Source: Trichosphaerium sp. ATCC 40318 (taxonomy: Eukaryota > Protista > Tubulinea). From it: a stretch of DNA of 64,000 nt. The translations under genes were made by a program, and so were the position numbers. Shown here piece after piece: positions 13,176 through 26,017 of the stretch. The DNA is taken from assembly GCA_038496445.1 (NCBI GenBank), contig JALMLS010000282.1, positions 1-64,000 of the forward strand, given 5' to 3'. Within the stretch, counting starts at the first letter, position 1; the number at the start of each line of letters is the position of its first letter. The notes beneath the pieces are model-generated. The model worked only from the letters and a program-made list of their open reading frames with translations. It did no database searches and had not been told where the DNA came from.

Positions 13176-14340
13176 TTACTTGGCATAGTCTATGTTATGT
13201 GTCGACAATAGCGCACATGTTCGTGGCCACTCATTGGAATATTCATAAGCGAATTCAAGTAATTCCTTAGATGGTACATTGTTTTCTGCTTTACGACAAA
13301 AGAGATACCTAGGAAGAAGATACTTTTAGCTAATAGTACAACATTGGTGAACAGTCATACATTAGCTTGTCCCCTGTTTCTGGAGAACCTTGTAGAAACT
13401 CTTCATGCTTCTTCATGAACTCTAAACATTCAGATGGAGTTTCATTGACAATAGCATATTCAATAGCTTGCTGGATAAAAACCTCAAAGCAATCATTTGT
13501 ACCATGGTGAGCAAAACTATTTGAGAAAAATATTAGTTCTGATTGTTGTGATGCTTGATTTCAAGCGTACTCTTCTGCCTCTTTTAAGGTTTCAAAGACT
13601 GTCTTATCACTGAGATACATAGAGTATGTGGAGATGTATTTTTGTTTATGCAGACTAGTTTTCTTCCAGGAAGATAGCTGGCAAACAGCCAACTTGAAGG
13701 CATTCACTACTGCTTCTTTGTACTTGACACTGAAAGGAACCTTAACAGTATCAAGAGCACTGATAGCAACCTTCATCTGTATTTTATCATCAAGACCTGA
13801 CCAAGGTGTGCTCCAGTTACTTCCAACAAGGTTACTCTCAGATGTAACTTGTTCAAAATCATCTGAAGCCATTGCTAACTTAATCGTGTACTTTTCATAA
13901 AGTCTCTACAAAAAAGTGTTATCCACACACTCCCAACTTAGTTTTGAAGCAAACCTGACATCCCATCCAATCAGCAGCGATTTGGGCTTCTCTAAGCTTG
14001 TGTAATTTGTCCTTAGTGATGGGAAGTACAACTTTGTCGTTTATATCTTGTAATACGCCTTTAAAGCTTCTTAGAATGTTCAAAACCGCTGTGGTTACTA
14101 TGTCATACGTTTTACACCTTTCAAGGTGACGTTGTTGCCAAGTTTAAGTACAACCTCATTATTATTGCTCTTACTGACTTCAAGTTGATTGGCAATCACT
14201 GGAACTTGCTTTGCGACTGTTGCTTCTGCTTTAAATTGAGAAATCAACTCTTCGCCTTTCCACACCTCTAACAAGCTGTAAAAGAATTGTTTCCCGCGTT
14301 TGTGGCGTACGGATCGCCAACATTTGCTATCTCTGAGAGG
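13176..14340 (-). CDS. Hypothetical multi-exon protein (5' end unresolved)
   Basis: Chain of open exons including ORF 13561-13872, with GT-AG boundaries, ending NIDYAK*. No family recognised. Confidence 0.5.
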
Positions 14341-14496
14341 TAAACAACAATTAAAGGTGCCTTTGGCTGATGGTCGCTTTTATGCTTTTACGCAATTGAA
14401 TAGCTTAACACCTGCCGCAATTTCAAGCCTTTGACTGATTCGATGATTGGCTTAGCTGAGCCATCAAATTGCTTAAAGGTTATCAAATAGAGCGCT

Positions 14497-14600
14497 ATGC
14501 ACATGTTAACTGGACCGTAGACGAGGTATGTGGGTGGTTAGAACACGTGGGTCTTGAAGAAGAGTCAAAACACGCAAAGTACAATTCTAACAAAAACGGA
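14497..14600 (+). pseudogene. SAM gene paralog: isolated exon 1 plus intron 5' half (frameshifted)
   Basis: NWTVDEVCGWLEHVGLEEESKHA followed by donor GTACAA at 14579, homologous to 7743-7650. The ATG at 14497 is out of frame with the SAM sequence. Confidence 0.7.
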
Positions 14601-14816
14601 ATTGGGTTCATTTGTTAACTGCTAGAGTAGCGAAAAACGTGTAATCTATTGTGCAAGTTGGTGCGTGCGCCTGATAATACTGCGATGTTTGCAAATTGTA
14701 TTTGATAATAAAACCTGAACGACATCTAATCTACTACAACTCTGTTGAGTTCTGACAGTTGCTTTATTAAATGAAGTTACAAGCTGGGTAGTAGCTCTCC
14801 AGGAGGTATAGCAATC

Positions 14817-16465
14817 TTAGAATATTATGTCTTTACCTGGTACACCTCCACACATTGCAATGTCATCTGTAGACCCGTGGTTCATACCAAACTCAGGTGT
14901 ATTATACCTAGAAACGATAGTGTCAAAAGTCACCAATTTTCTGCTTGTTTTTTTTTTCTTACTTTTGACATTGTTGTAACCACCCAGACGGATACCAGCT
15001 GATATAGATTGGTACTTGGCGACCATCACTTCCTTTAAAGTTTGTTTTTGGATCAATACAATTATCTGTCATTTTCAAAAGTTCGTTGGTAAGTGCCCTA
15101 CACAAAAGTCAGTCACGTGCACAGCGAAAAAAAAAGTTAAAAATAGAAATTATTTTTCGCTCAAATTCTTTGTTGGAGATGTCGTTTGTTCATCTCATAA
15201 AACGCTTACATGTTAGAATGCAGTTGGGATATACGCCAGAAATACTCTTTGTGGTCATTAAAAGGTATTCTAGCTACTACTCCGCCTTTGATATGAAGGA
15301 CATAATCAGCTGCTAAGTGAATAAAAGCCTGTGTTTGTGTGATTTGGTTTTTGAAAGCACTTCGTAGTAGTCCTTGGAGCAACTCACGTTCGCCCGTGTT
15401 TTTAGATTTGATAGTACTAGGTAGCTTGTGCTTTTTCCAAAAAGCTTTTATGTACGCCCAAAGGCCATTATTTAAACCTTCACTTGCATCAGGGTACGAC
15501 AAAGCCTAATCCTCATTTAGCATAATTTTTTTTTCCTGTAAAATAATTGAGAGACTGCCGCCCGTGTTGCACTACTTTTCTCATTTATAAAACGAGCTGT
15601 TTTCTACAAAAGAAGGGCCGAAACGAGTGAATTATAACGCGCCAACACAACGAATTTCGTAATGTAGTACAACCCGTTACAAGACGCACAATAGCTTCAT
15701 TGTTATCGGTTTAATTTCATTTGAAAAGAAGTAGATAGCAGCGACAATTAAAGTGTTTTTCTTGGAGTATCACGTGCCTTAGTTGCAATAAAACTCTTCC
15801 ATGATATAGACCCCATAGTACTATTTGAACCTGAGTCGGTAGCGAGTTGAATACCATCATTTATAAGATCAATCGCGAAAGCGATTTCAGACCCAACGTC
15901 AGGAAGGACTTCAATAAGTTTCAAAAAGATTTTGAAAATAAGACCGAAAGGATTCTCTGATGGTGCAGGATCGCTCTCTGACATAATAGATTGAAAAGCT
16001 ATTAAATTAGCTACATCTTGCTTATACGCATTCTCAAAAGGTACACTAAAGTACGTAAGCACGTCACCATTCAAAAGAACCACGTGGCAGTCAGAAAATC
16101 AAAAACCAAACATGACATTTCGAAAGAGAAATGGAGACGGCTTAATGGTTTCACGTGCGTACAGGAAAAAGGTGTTGAAAAATTCTACAGCGCCAAAGTC
16201 TTGCTTTGTATGCATCTCGCTGAGAACGCGATACAGTGTATCATTATTAAGCTTTTGCTCCGCTTTTATCATACTTGAAGTATTAGAACAAGTGGCAGGA
16301 CCAGGCCATGAAGGTGTGCCTAGCTGATCAACACGTGCTTTACAAAAAATGATTAGGTTTAATTTACGACCATACGTTTCCAAAACACGCGCTCCGTTAC
16401 AACGTACCTGGAAACACACAAGGTACGAGAACGCAGAAAACTACTATGAGAAGTGCTCCTTTCAT
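14817..16465 (-). CDS. Putative secreted protein of unknown family (multi-exon)
   Basis: Signal-peptide-like start MKGALLIVVFCVLVPCVFP. Exons correspond to ORFs 16099-16419, 15748-16083, 15206-15502 and 14817-15056. Confidence 0.55.
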
Positions 16466-16529
16466 TGTGAGAATGGGTAGTAGAATGTGAATTATGGCAG
16501 GTAGATTGCTTAAGTTTCGGTACTTAGCG

Positions 16530-16720
16530 TACCAACTTGAAACAAAGCTGAACCTCGTAAATCTTATTTTGGCCCAAAATCCAAATGTCAATAAACACAG
16601 TACGTTATTTGAGTGCGTACTAGCGTTGATAGACATTGTATTTTTGATTTGTGTACTTGTTAATGACATCAATTGTTTTCCGTCTAAATTCAACTCTCTG
16701 GTAGGTTTAGTGTCCACTTG
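16530..16720 (-). pseudogene. SAM gene paralog: intron 1 3' half, exon 2 (16697-16621) and start of exon 3
   Basis: ELNLDGKQLMSLTSTQIKNTMSINA is near-identical to exon 2 of 7301-7743 and has the same 77-nt length. No exon 1 lies upstream on this strand. Confidence 0.7.
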
Positions 16721-16957
16721 TTGTCAGGTCAAGTTCGTTTATTTATTCTATAGCTTTATTACAGAGTATCAAAGATTGTTACCTGCCATAGTAGGATATC
16801 GAAAATCAAAATTACATTGCAATGTAAAGTACAAATCACGTGATTTGTAACGTCAAATCCCACTTCTTTTTTCTCTCTTTACAAATACAACCCCTCTGCT
16901 CTTCAAAGAACAGCCAGCAGAAGATCGATGTCTTCTCTTACAGTCTGTTACAGTCTA

Positions 16958-17458
16958 TTATCTTGTCGTGTCAGCGCAATGTTTTTCAAAGTATTCTCTG
17001 GCTTCTCTCAATGAATTTGTTTCAAAATAAGGTATACCCAAGTACGCAGCGAGTTCTGTTATCTCTGATTGTTTTACAATGATTTCGTCTGAATTGACAT
17101 ACAATCCAACTAAAAGCACACAAGGCACTCGTATTCTTCTATTAACGTACCTAGCTATAACCTCAAGCGATGTAACGTCGTCTAGAAGGCATACAAGTAT
17201 CTGCGAATCAGGTGTTTCTCGCATGAACGGGGTATCGCATCTACCGCCTAGATAAGTGTACATATCTACAGACCAAGGTTCTCCGGTGCTGTTTACGTCA
17301 TCTAGGATGAGTTTCTTAAATTGCTCGTGGAATGCGCTCTTATTGTGGTGCTTTACGCGATTTGCTCTTTTTTTATAAACTCTATGAACGCCAGAGGGTC
17401 TATAATTGAGTATTGGCTTAAAAGTACCAAATGTGTTTGATTTACAACTAATTATCAT
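16958..17458 (-). CDS. Highly degenerate Ras-superfamily-like protein (intronless)
   Basis: C-terminal half resembles the small-GTPase fold (ILVCLLDDVTSLE, PCVLLVG, LAAYLGIPYFETNS). P-loop, DxxG and NKxD are all absent. Confidence 0.45.
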   Translation of the reverse strand: MIISCKSNTFGTFKPILNYRPSGVHRVYKKRANRVKHHNKSAFHEQFKKLILDDVNSTGEPWSVDMYTYLGGRCDTPFMRETPDSQILVCLLDDVTSLEVIARYVNRRIRVPCVLLVGLYVNSDEIIVKQSEITELAAYLGIPYFETNSLREAREYFEKHCADTTR

Positions 17459-17768
17459 CAAGAGCGTGGTTTTGATGAAGTCTGAGTACTTTGGTAACCA
17501 ACTCAATGGATTTTGAAGGTGAAAATCCAGTCAAGCAAAATTGTTAGACTTGTTCCTTAGCTGGACTTTTTGATTCCGTTCAGCAAGGTCAAGTCATGAG
17601 GAGTTTGAAAAAATTTTGCTAGCTTGCAATGCATAGTAAATCCTGATGGTAACCTTGCAACCATGGTCTTTCAAACGTATGTGCTAAGTTTTGTACTGGC
17701 AAAAGCTGACAACTTCTTTTTTTTGGATTGTTTATTATTTTTTTTTAATGTTTTCTTTTTTAATTTGT

Positions 17769-19889
17769 CTAGTCTTCTTCTAAGATTTCCTCTCCTTGTT
17801 CTTCTATAAAATGAAGGTCAACTAATTCTTTTAATGGTTGAGTAAGTCTTGTCATTTCAATCTTTTTTCTAAATACAATAGAACTTGTCAACTCTACAGG
17901 TAGTTCTTTTGTTGCCCTCAATAAAAGTTGTTGATTGTAACAAATCTTTAAAATGCATTGGAGCTTAAGAGGTAATGGAGACATGTATACTACAGTCATA
18001 TAAACATTAGGGTACTCATTATCCTCAACTAGAAGAGCACCTAATTATTACTTAGTCACGTGACTGTAAAGAGTGAAGATTATTTGAAAAAGTAGAAAGA
18101 ACAAGACCACTTACCACCATAGATACACAAGTCGTCATTTTCATCCATTGCAAGCACTGGTGCACATAGATGAGGTATTTCTGCACTTGTTTTTAAATTT
18201 TCCCATTCATTGGTTGTTATGTTAAACCGAATAAATTGGCTACTGTATTTCTTAGGCGCTGAACTGCACATTCCTCCTTTACAACAAAAATTGTTAACAT
18301 AAAGATCTATTTTTGGTGTTTTTACCTGTACTGTATATATAATCACCTCTTAAAATAGAACTATGTCCATGTACGCCCATTGGTATAAACCCTTTGGCTT
18401 TAATTGACATCCAATGAAAATTATCAAGCTAAAATAGATAAGTATTGTCAATTAAAAAAAAAATGAAGAAAGCAGCATTCTGACTTCTGACTTATTACCA
18501 CAAATCCAAAATTGACAAATGTGTTTTCTTACAAGAAAGTAATATAGTAAGAAAGGTAATGGTAAAAAAAAATAAAACTAGAGTTATTCCTGAAAGAGGT
18601 TTTCAATGATTGTTGCAAATGTATGTTTTTGACCAATAGCTGAGAAAAATAGTGTATTTCTTCATTGTTAACGTACATTCAATACCCAAACATCATTATA
18701 CCATTCTTTAACATCCCAATCTTTACCACCATATATATACAATAAATTAGGCCTGACAAAAGTCGCTGTATGACCCCATCTTTTTGAAGGTTTTTTCCCA
18801 AATGTTTCAATCTCTTTCCAACATCCTGTAGATAGATCTAATATATGAACATCGTTTAAATAAGCATATTCCCTCCGGTTTTTATGATCAAAAGTACCTA
18901 GATTAAAATTAGCAATAAATAAGTAACGGTGTTTGAAAGAGAGCCAAAAAACGACAAAATACGAAAAATAGAACCAAAAAAAAAAAAAAAATATATCACG
19001 TGCCACCGCCAAATACAAGAAATCTGTTATTACCAATATTTGTAAGTGAGTGACTACTTCTTTTTGATGGTTTCAATCCTTTTGATTTTACCTCTGTCCA
19101 CCTAGAAGAAAAAAAAACCAAGCTTAGTAAGGAGAAAATCCAAGAAAAAAAAAACAAAACAAAGATGGGTAACTGTTTGTCACTGGAAATACTAACACTT
19201 CGATTGCAAATAACTTACTTGAGAGAAGGAACATCAAAAATATGAGCATCATTGAATCGTTGCATTGTGAAAGAGACCGTTAAAAATCCGCCAAACAGAA
19301 GCTACAAAAAAAAAATAGAAAATCAATATTCCACAAGGCTGCACACAACGCAATTTTTTTTTTGTTTCCCTACATGGAAGGGATCTAAGGCATTCCTGCA
19401 GTTGCGTAGTTCGAAAAAAAATCATTACAACTCATAGAAAATTTTTCAGCGCCGCAGGAGCATTAGATATGCTGAAGGGTATGAAGATGAAATATAGCGT
19501 AATAACAAGCAAAGCGTGACTCTTTAGGGCGGATTCTGTTAAATCGTTGTTACGTACAAATTGTCTATCGTTTATAGGTTCTATACGCGCCCAAGTACGT
19601 CCTTGAGGCGTTGGATGCTCCGTTGGTGCTTTTTGCCATTTTTTAATTCGTAGATTGTATAAAAACACCTAACACGCGTTTAGAAACTAATTAATAGCGA
19701 TAAAGCGGACGTCACTCTGAACATGTTCATCAGGTACACTGCTGTTTGCTTCTCCGGCATACAGCGCAAAGTAATCACCTACTCTACACCCTGAAGTACC
19801 TTTTAAAGATATTAACACAAGTACGACAAAGTTATTGATAAACCTGCTCTAGCTGTTGTAAATTCAGCTCCAAACCGTGACGTTAGCAT
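17769..19889 (-). CDS. Kelch-repeat protein with C-terminal BC/SOCS box (KLHDC-like CRL substrate receptor)
   Basis: Repeats PSKRWGHTATF...LYIYGG and LNDVHILDL...W. The C-terminus PLPLKLQCILKI...LPVEL fits a BC-box plus cullin-box. Confidence 0.8.
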
Positions 19890-20009
19890 TATTATTGATG
19901 AGCACTGGTTTGAAAATAGGTAAGAACGTTTTTGTAAAAATGGCGCTTTAAGTCGCCTTTTTGGCTTTTTTAGTCAGTTTGTTAACAATTTGCAAGCACA
20001 CTAGCATCT

Positions 20010-22408
20010 ATGAGAAGTATTTTGGTCGTCGCATCTTGGTTGTTTATTGCGCACGTGTACGTTTGAAAAGTCAGTTGAAAATACAGGCAACCTTTAGAGC
20101 TAAATATGCTGCTTTTCGCTTTCTTAGCGTTTTCGCCTCTGACGTGTAACTAGCGTATCGTATCCGCAATATAATGGGTTCTTTGATACTATGGATAATG
20201 GTTTAGCACGTGGATGGGCGTATGAGGCATCTCTAGGTACAGCACTAAACTTTCGGTGCTCACAACGAAATCATCGAGTTTTTATTTTCAAATCACACCT
20301 GAGTTTAATTTTGTCGTAGGAAGAGCCGCATCCCATATTGATATTTATATTGATAACGTACTTTGGTCTTCTGTTACTGCAAATTTTAGTCGACCAGACA
20401 TTGTACCAGGTGGCGCTCCAAACTCTGAACACGGGTTCCAAGTCAAACTTCCTTCGGAAAAAATCGTTCACAATACCCGAATCGATGTCTTTTTGGTTTG
20501 TTCTGATAACTCGCGTTGGTCGCTTAATCAGTCGCCAAGAATGACTGATCCTCTCAGCAGAGGTTTAGAGAAGCCTCAGGGCTTACAAGGGAACGATGAT
20601 CAAAATATGATGGACTACATTATGGCTAACGAACCAGCTGCTGTTCCTCTCAGAATGGCGAAAATTAAAGCAGATCTCAAGCCAGGTATTCGCCGTTACA
20701 ACATGTTTTGGTCAGCTGTAGAATCAAAAATACCAAGCAGTAACGCGCCTTTGTCTTGTCCAAGTGGATATCAGATGACTCCTTTGAACGAAAAGGATAG
20801 AATCGCAAGAGGATACTTCAAGTGAGTTTCAAAAAAAATTGTCATTCTAGTTTTCGTCTTCCTAGCATTTAACAGTGATCCCTGTTTCTGTTTTTTCCTT
20901 TGTAACATGTTTAGGTATCACTGCTATAATACAGCTGCTTTGGAACACTTTGATACACTATTCGAACTTGATAAGTCAGTTGGAGCTATAAACGCTGGTA
21001 TCATTTATTCTGCACCTTCTTTTTATCAATACAAAAATTGTACCGGTTTTCCATGGGGTAATGGCATGTTCAAAGGAGGATGTGTACCAAGAGGCACGAT
21101 TTAAATAACTATTAAAACCAATTTAAGTCAGCAATGAGCTGAAAAAATAACAGTTTGTGATACAACCTTTTTAACACGTGCTTTTCATTTGACTTATCTT
21201 TATTAGAGGATGCTATGGATGATTGGAGTGATTATGTTAACCTTCTTGCAGAAAGATATAACGGTGGTCCGTCTTCTCCGCATAAACTTGCACATTACGT
21301 TATTTGGAACGAAGTGCGTGAAAACAAATACAGAAAAAAGTTGTGAACAAACACAGTTGTCTTTCTCAGAACTTTTGTTGTGATTTCATGCTAAATTGAG
21401 CAATGCTGCTTAGGTTGCTAGTAGCGCTTGGATGGATTACAGCCCTATACTGCGAAATAGATATAACGGAAGCGACTTTACAGCATCAGAAATGAATATC
21501 TTAACAGGAAAATACGCTGACATGATGAAGAGGGCTTCAACAGCTGTGCGAAGACATATGCGAGGAGCAATGATTTGGATTTCTACTGATCGTCTTTGGG
21601 AGAAACCACACTTGAACATTGGAGCGGTACATATCAAAAAATAAACGTGCACGTGACTTTTAACTGAAAAAACAAAAAAAGGTTGGCCATCATGGTACAC
21701 ATCGATTTATGGACTTTTTGTGGCCACAACTTGGTATTTCGATGGATTGGGGTGTTGCTGTTCATCCCTATGATCCTGGTAACCCAAGAGACGATCAAAG
21801 TAAACAAGGGATGTACACCTTTGATACCTTGAATAAGATAGTTCTCACTTACCAGCATGCACAACTTTCAGCAATTGCTAAAGTATCTGATAGAGGGTAC
21901 GTCACGTGACCTTTTTTTAAAGTATACATCAACGTTACATATACTAACGAGATATTTCTTTTAGATTCTCTGTAAGACCTCAGGTGATGATGTATGCTTC
22001 AGAGCAAGGATGGGCTAAATCTAAGACCATGACAGACGTTTTAAGAGCTAGAAATATTTGTTACGCTCATGCTCTTTCTCTAGCTCAAAACTTATTCGCT
22101 GTTACTCATAATTACTTCCATGAATCACCTACTTCAAGTACTATACAAACTCATACTTTCATCAACCTAACAAGGCCATTAGATTCTCAAAACGGTCAAG
22201 ATTTCGGGTTGATTCCAAACACCATTTTTGGAAACCTTACAAACGCTGATGGTTATCCAACATGGGAGGGTATGTGTAGTTTTGCATATGTTGTTACTCA
22301 TACATTATTCAAAATATAGCATATAAATCTACAGCTCCATCTGTATTCAACAAGGAGTCAGATCACTATTGTTGTAAAACGTGGCAAACTGGTTGTAAGG
22401 AACTTTAA
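20010..22408 (+). CDS. Secreted clan GH-A glycoside hydrolase-like protein (DUF5722-like) with N-terminal beta-sandwich module
   Basis: Signal peptide MRSILVVASWLFIAH; GFFD..RGWAY / ANFSRPD..HGF module; TIM-barrel motifs YVIWNEV (acid/base), VAVHPY and YASEQGW (nucleophile). Confidence 0.7.
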
Positions 22409-23399
22409 TAAAAATGAACTATTTGCTTTGGAGTTTAGGCCATGCTGTGGTCAGTAGTACATTCTTATTTGGGCTAAGAAGTTTGGTAATGAATGCTGAC
22501 AGGGAAAAAGGTAATTAAACAACCTTCTTAGAGCAACAAAAGGTAACCAGCCAGTCGACCAGAAAACTCAACAGCTCCTCGTACCCTTGTCGAAGGTAAC
22601 GTGATTGAATCACAGCTCGCGAAAGAATGGGAGTTCGTATTTTTTGATCCGACTTTTTGTATTCTGGAGTTGAATCTTTTTTATTGTAATCCCGGGTAAA
22701 CTCTCGTACCGAATGAAGATTACTAAATTTCCCAAGTAAAATCCTATGGGAGAGACCTGGTGTCCATATACATGCAAGTTGTCCTTCCAAAAGACGAAAA
22801 GTGAGCGAGTTTCCTTTCATTTGAGTTTGCTAAGAAAACGCGAACCTTTTCAGCTTTTGCTCTCTCCCACACTGCCCTAAACATGTACAAATATCACACG
22901 CAGTTTTCCTTTGCAAGTGAAGGCCATATAGTACTGGAACCGTGCAATTGGAAGTCTACATTTGCAACATCAATTTTGGAAATAGCAAAGTCTCTAAACA
23001 CGGACTGTAGCCCTAAATTTAGGTTCTTTCATTCATTTTCACTCACACCGCGGTCTCAATACTACAGGGTAATAAAAAGTCGGATAAATAGTTTAACGCG
23101 CAGCTGACGAATTAAGTATGTTTTGAATTCAGCTAAAAAAGGGTAAGAAGCACCTCGCAACAAGCTATACTCGAACTAATGCACTTTTAAGAGCGTTGTT
23201 GTGGCTGTAAACATATTATTAGACGTAATGCGTTATGGACAACTAAAAGGGTATACTAATACTTCTGTCGCTTGTATAAGTGCGTAAACGCGACAATAGA
23301 TTTTATTGCTAATGCCGTACATTTTACAAATTTGGTTCAAACAACGTCTTTACGTTATATAACACTCGAATAGTTGTTCTTGTATGTTTTTTGCCTCTA

Positions 23400-25638
23400 G
23401 TATACAATCTCACTGTAATTGATAACAATGGACAAACTACGGTACGAACGACACTAACGACGCTCAAGCAACCCTAACGAGCACTATTCGGGCAGTTTTA
23501 TAAAAGATTTCTAAACCCGGCCTAAAACGAGCTTTTCGCACAAAAACAGAACAATCTTTGTTTATACGTTTGTCTTAGTACATCAAAGCAATAAAAATGA
23601 ATCATGTGTCACGAGATTCTTCTTCAACGTTTAGCAATGTGACGCTAGTTCCTTGGACTTCTAATAATATATCTGGAAAGTACGGTGAAACAACAAAGCT
23701 TTTTTTGTGGATTTTTTTGTATTTTGTTTTCTTTCACCGTATTTGATCTCCATTCTACGCTTGTACAAGGAGCTGTATTTGGAATAATGGTCCGTATAAG
23801 GAGACGTTAGTTGCCTTGGGTCATTGGTTCTGGCTTCTTGTCCAACTAGTTTGTGTGCATTCATCAACTGGACATTGGTTATTTTGTATTTTTTGTAAAA
23901 TGCTCATCTTGACTGATCCTTTATAGCTTCGTTTGTGTGCTTGAAGTAACTGATAGAGATGATATAGATATCATCAGATACTACTATAACCTAAACGCAA
24001 CTGGTCTTATTCTAAAAATGAAAGGTAATACAAAGATGAAACATCGTTTTTCGAAAGATCTTTTGTTTTGAATCATAATTGCTTACTATGGGTTGTAAGG
24101 TATCACACCAGGGTCTTACTTATTGGATCACCCTGATGTATTCTCTTCTGTGAAAGATCTTGACTTTCACGTGTTCCACATGAGCGTTAAAGATGGTCCA
24201 GTACTTGGTGATATAATACAAAACAACAATGGTTCAATACACTTATTTATTGATGGTGAAGGTACATGTTCTATGCGAAATACCTAATTACGTTATTACA
24301 CAACGTGATGGAAATCATATAGTATTCTACATCTTCCTTGTGGTAGATACTAAATGCTCTTAAAGCACTTCTCTATTTTTTTTATTTACATAAAACTGCC
24401 TGTTAATAAGCTATTGTTAGAACAAAATGATTGGTCATTTGCTTTTAAAGAGTCTTTTATCATACCTGTATTTGATGGTTTATTGGGAGGATTCGCTTTT
24501 GTCACAACATTGTATGCAGCTTACAAGTTCTATGGGTATACTAAACGCCATGTACAGCTTTTTCTTGAATCACTTTTTTTTCATTGAAAGTTTGTTTTCT
24601 TATTGTCGAAATAGGGTTGGGGCTGGACTATATGTCAAGTATGTCTTGCCTTGGAAATAGTCGCAAATTTAGGTACGCAATCTATGTTAACTTTGTTGAG
24701 TATCATGTTGTTACATGAAGTTTATCACAACAAACCCTTACAGGTTTTTTTAGAACGTTTCCTTTTCATTAGCATAGAACCCTATTTCTTACGTCATATA
24801 TTTCCGACTGTATTAGGTAATATGCTAGCGTCAATATCTTTACCATTGACATTACTTACAACGTTACTCATTGCATTTTATTGGTACGTGTCCAAACATC
24901 TGTTTCGTACTCGAACAGTAATACAAAGTCTTTTTCTTTTCTTGTTTTTTTCCCATTCTGCGCTTAGAACAATTACTATTCTGATACTTTCTAAATAGGA
25001 GAGAGCTAAGTTCTCATCATTCTATTAAAATTTTGTCATTTATTGAAAGGCTAAAGCTACCTTTTGTTATAATAGCAGCAATCATGTTTGTATTTGAGAT
25101 AACATCATCAATACTTCGTGTTGTACTGCCAGGTAGCTTAGCTACTATATCCTCAACAGTTACCATTGGCATATACTTCCTCCTTGTAGTAGCGATTGTC
25201 GTTTTCTTTGTTGCAACAGGTCAGGGTGTGCTAAGACGTCTGGCACTTTCAGATACCAAAAAAATACGGAAATTGAAAGTTGTAACATACTTAATCATGT
25301 CCAGCGCAATATTTCAAGTTGTAGCACTTTCAGTAGTTATAACAAGTACTTTAGCACATTTGACAAGGTAATAGTGCCAATAAGCCATGAGATACATAGT
25401 TAACATGTTCTTACTTTTTTCTTACTGTAGGGATTATCCACTTGGCTATGTTTTGACATGGGCAATAGGATTCTTCTGTTTGACTCTTACAAGCTTCATA
25501 CAAATTCTTGCATGGAGTGATGGACGTAGTAGTTCTAAATCGAAGAAAACACCTGTTCAATTGTTTACTGAAACTACAGTTGATAACGATAAACCATTAG
25601 GTACGATGGAAGAAATGTCTAATCCGCAAGGCGTCTGA
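23400..25638 (+). CDS. PA-like ectodomain plus multi-pass (about 7 TM) membrane protein; start unresolved
   Basis: Exon ending FHMSVKDGPVLGDII..IHLFI resembles the end of a PA domain. Hydrophobic exons follow (ORFs 24354, 24651, 25033, 25387) and end MSNPQGV*. Confidence 0.65.
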
Positions 25639-26017
25639 TTAAATCTTGTGTATCAAAATAAACATTATTAATGTAACTGAGAGGATATTACAAGAGTGTA
25701 AGTTAGGTTTATCTATTATATATATGAGTTATAGGTCGCTATAGCGTTTCATCTTGGATCAAACTGAATCTTCATGTTACAATTAGCACGACTATAATTT
25801 CGTAAAATCACGTGTCTGGCTTCTCCTGTTGCCGACATAGTTTGTTTCTTCGAAATGTGGTAACTGTACCAATCAAAAGTGTTTGGTCAGCGAATACGTT
25901 AACGAATGAAGTCACGTGGTATTTCCAAAAGCTGACTGTAATTGACTTCAACACTCAAACTGGATTGGACTTTAATTGGCTAGCCGTTGACCATATGAGT
26001 AGTATCTGGTAAACTCA

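Noticed and set aside
22515-22820. 101-aa ATG-initiated ORF
   Set aside because: No recognisable motifs or splice context, so it cannot be supported as a gene.
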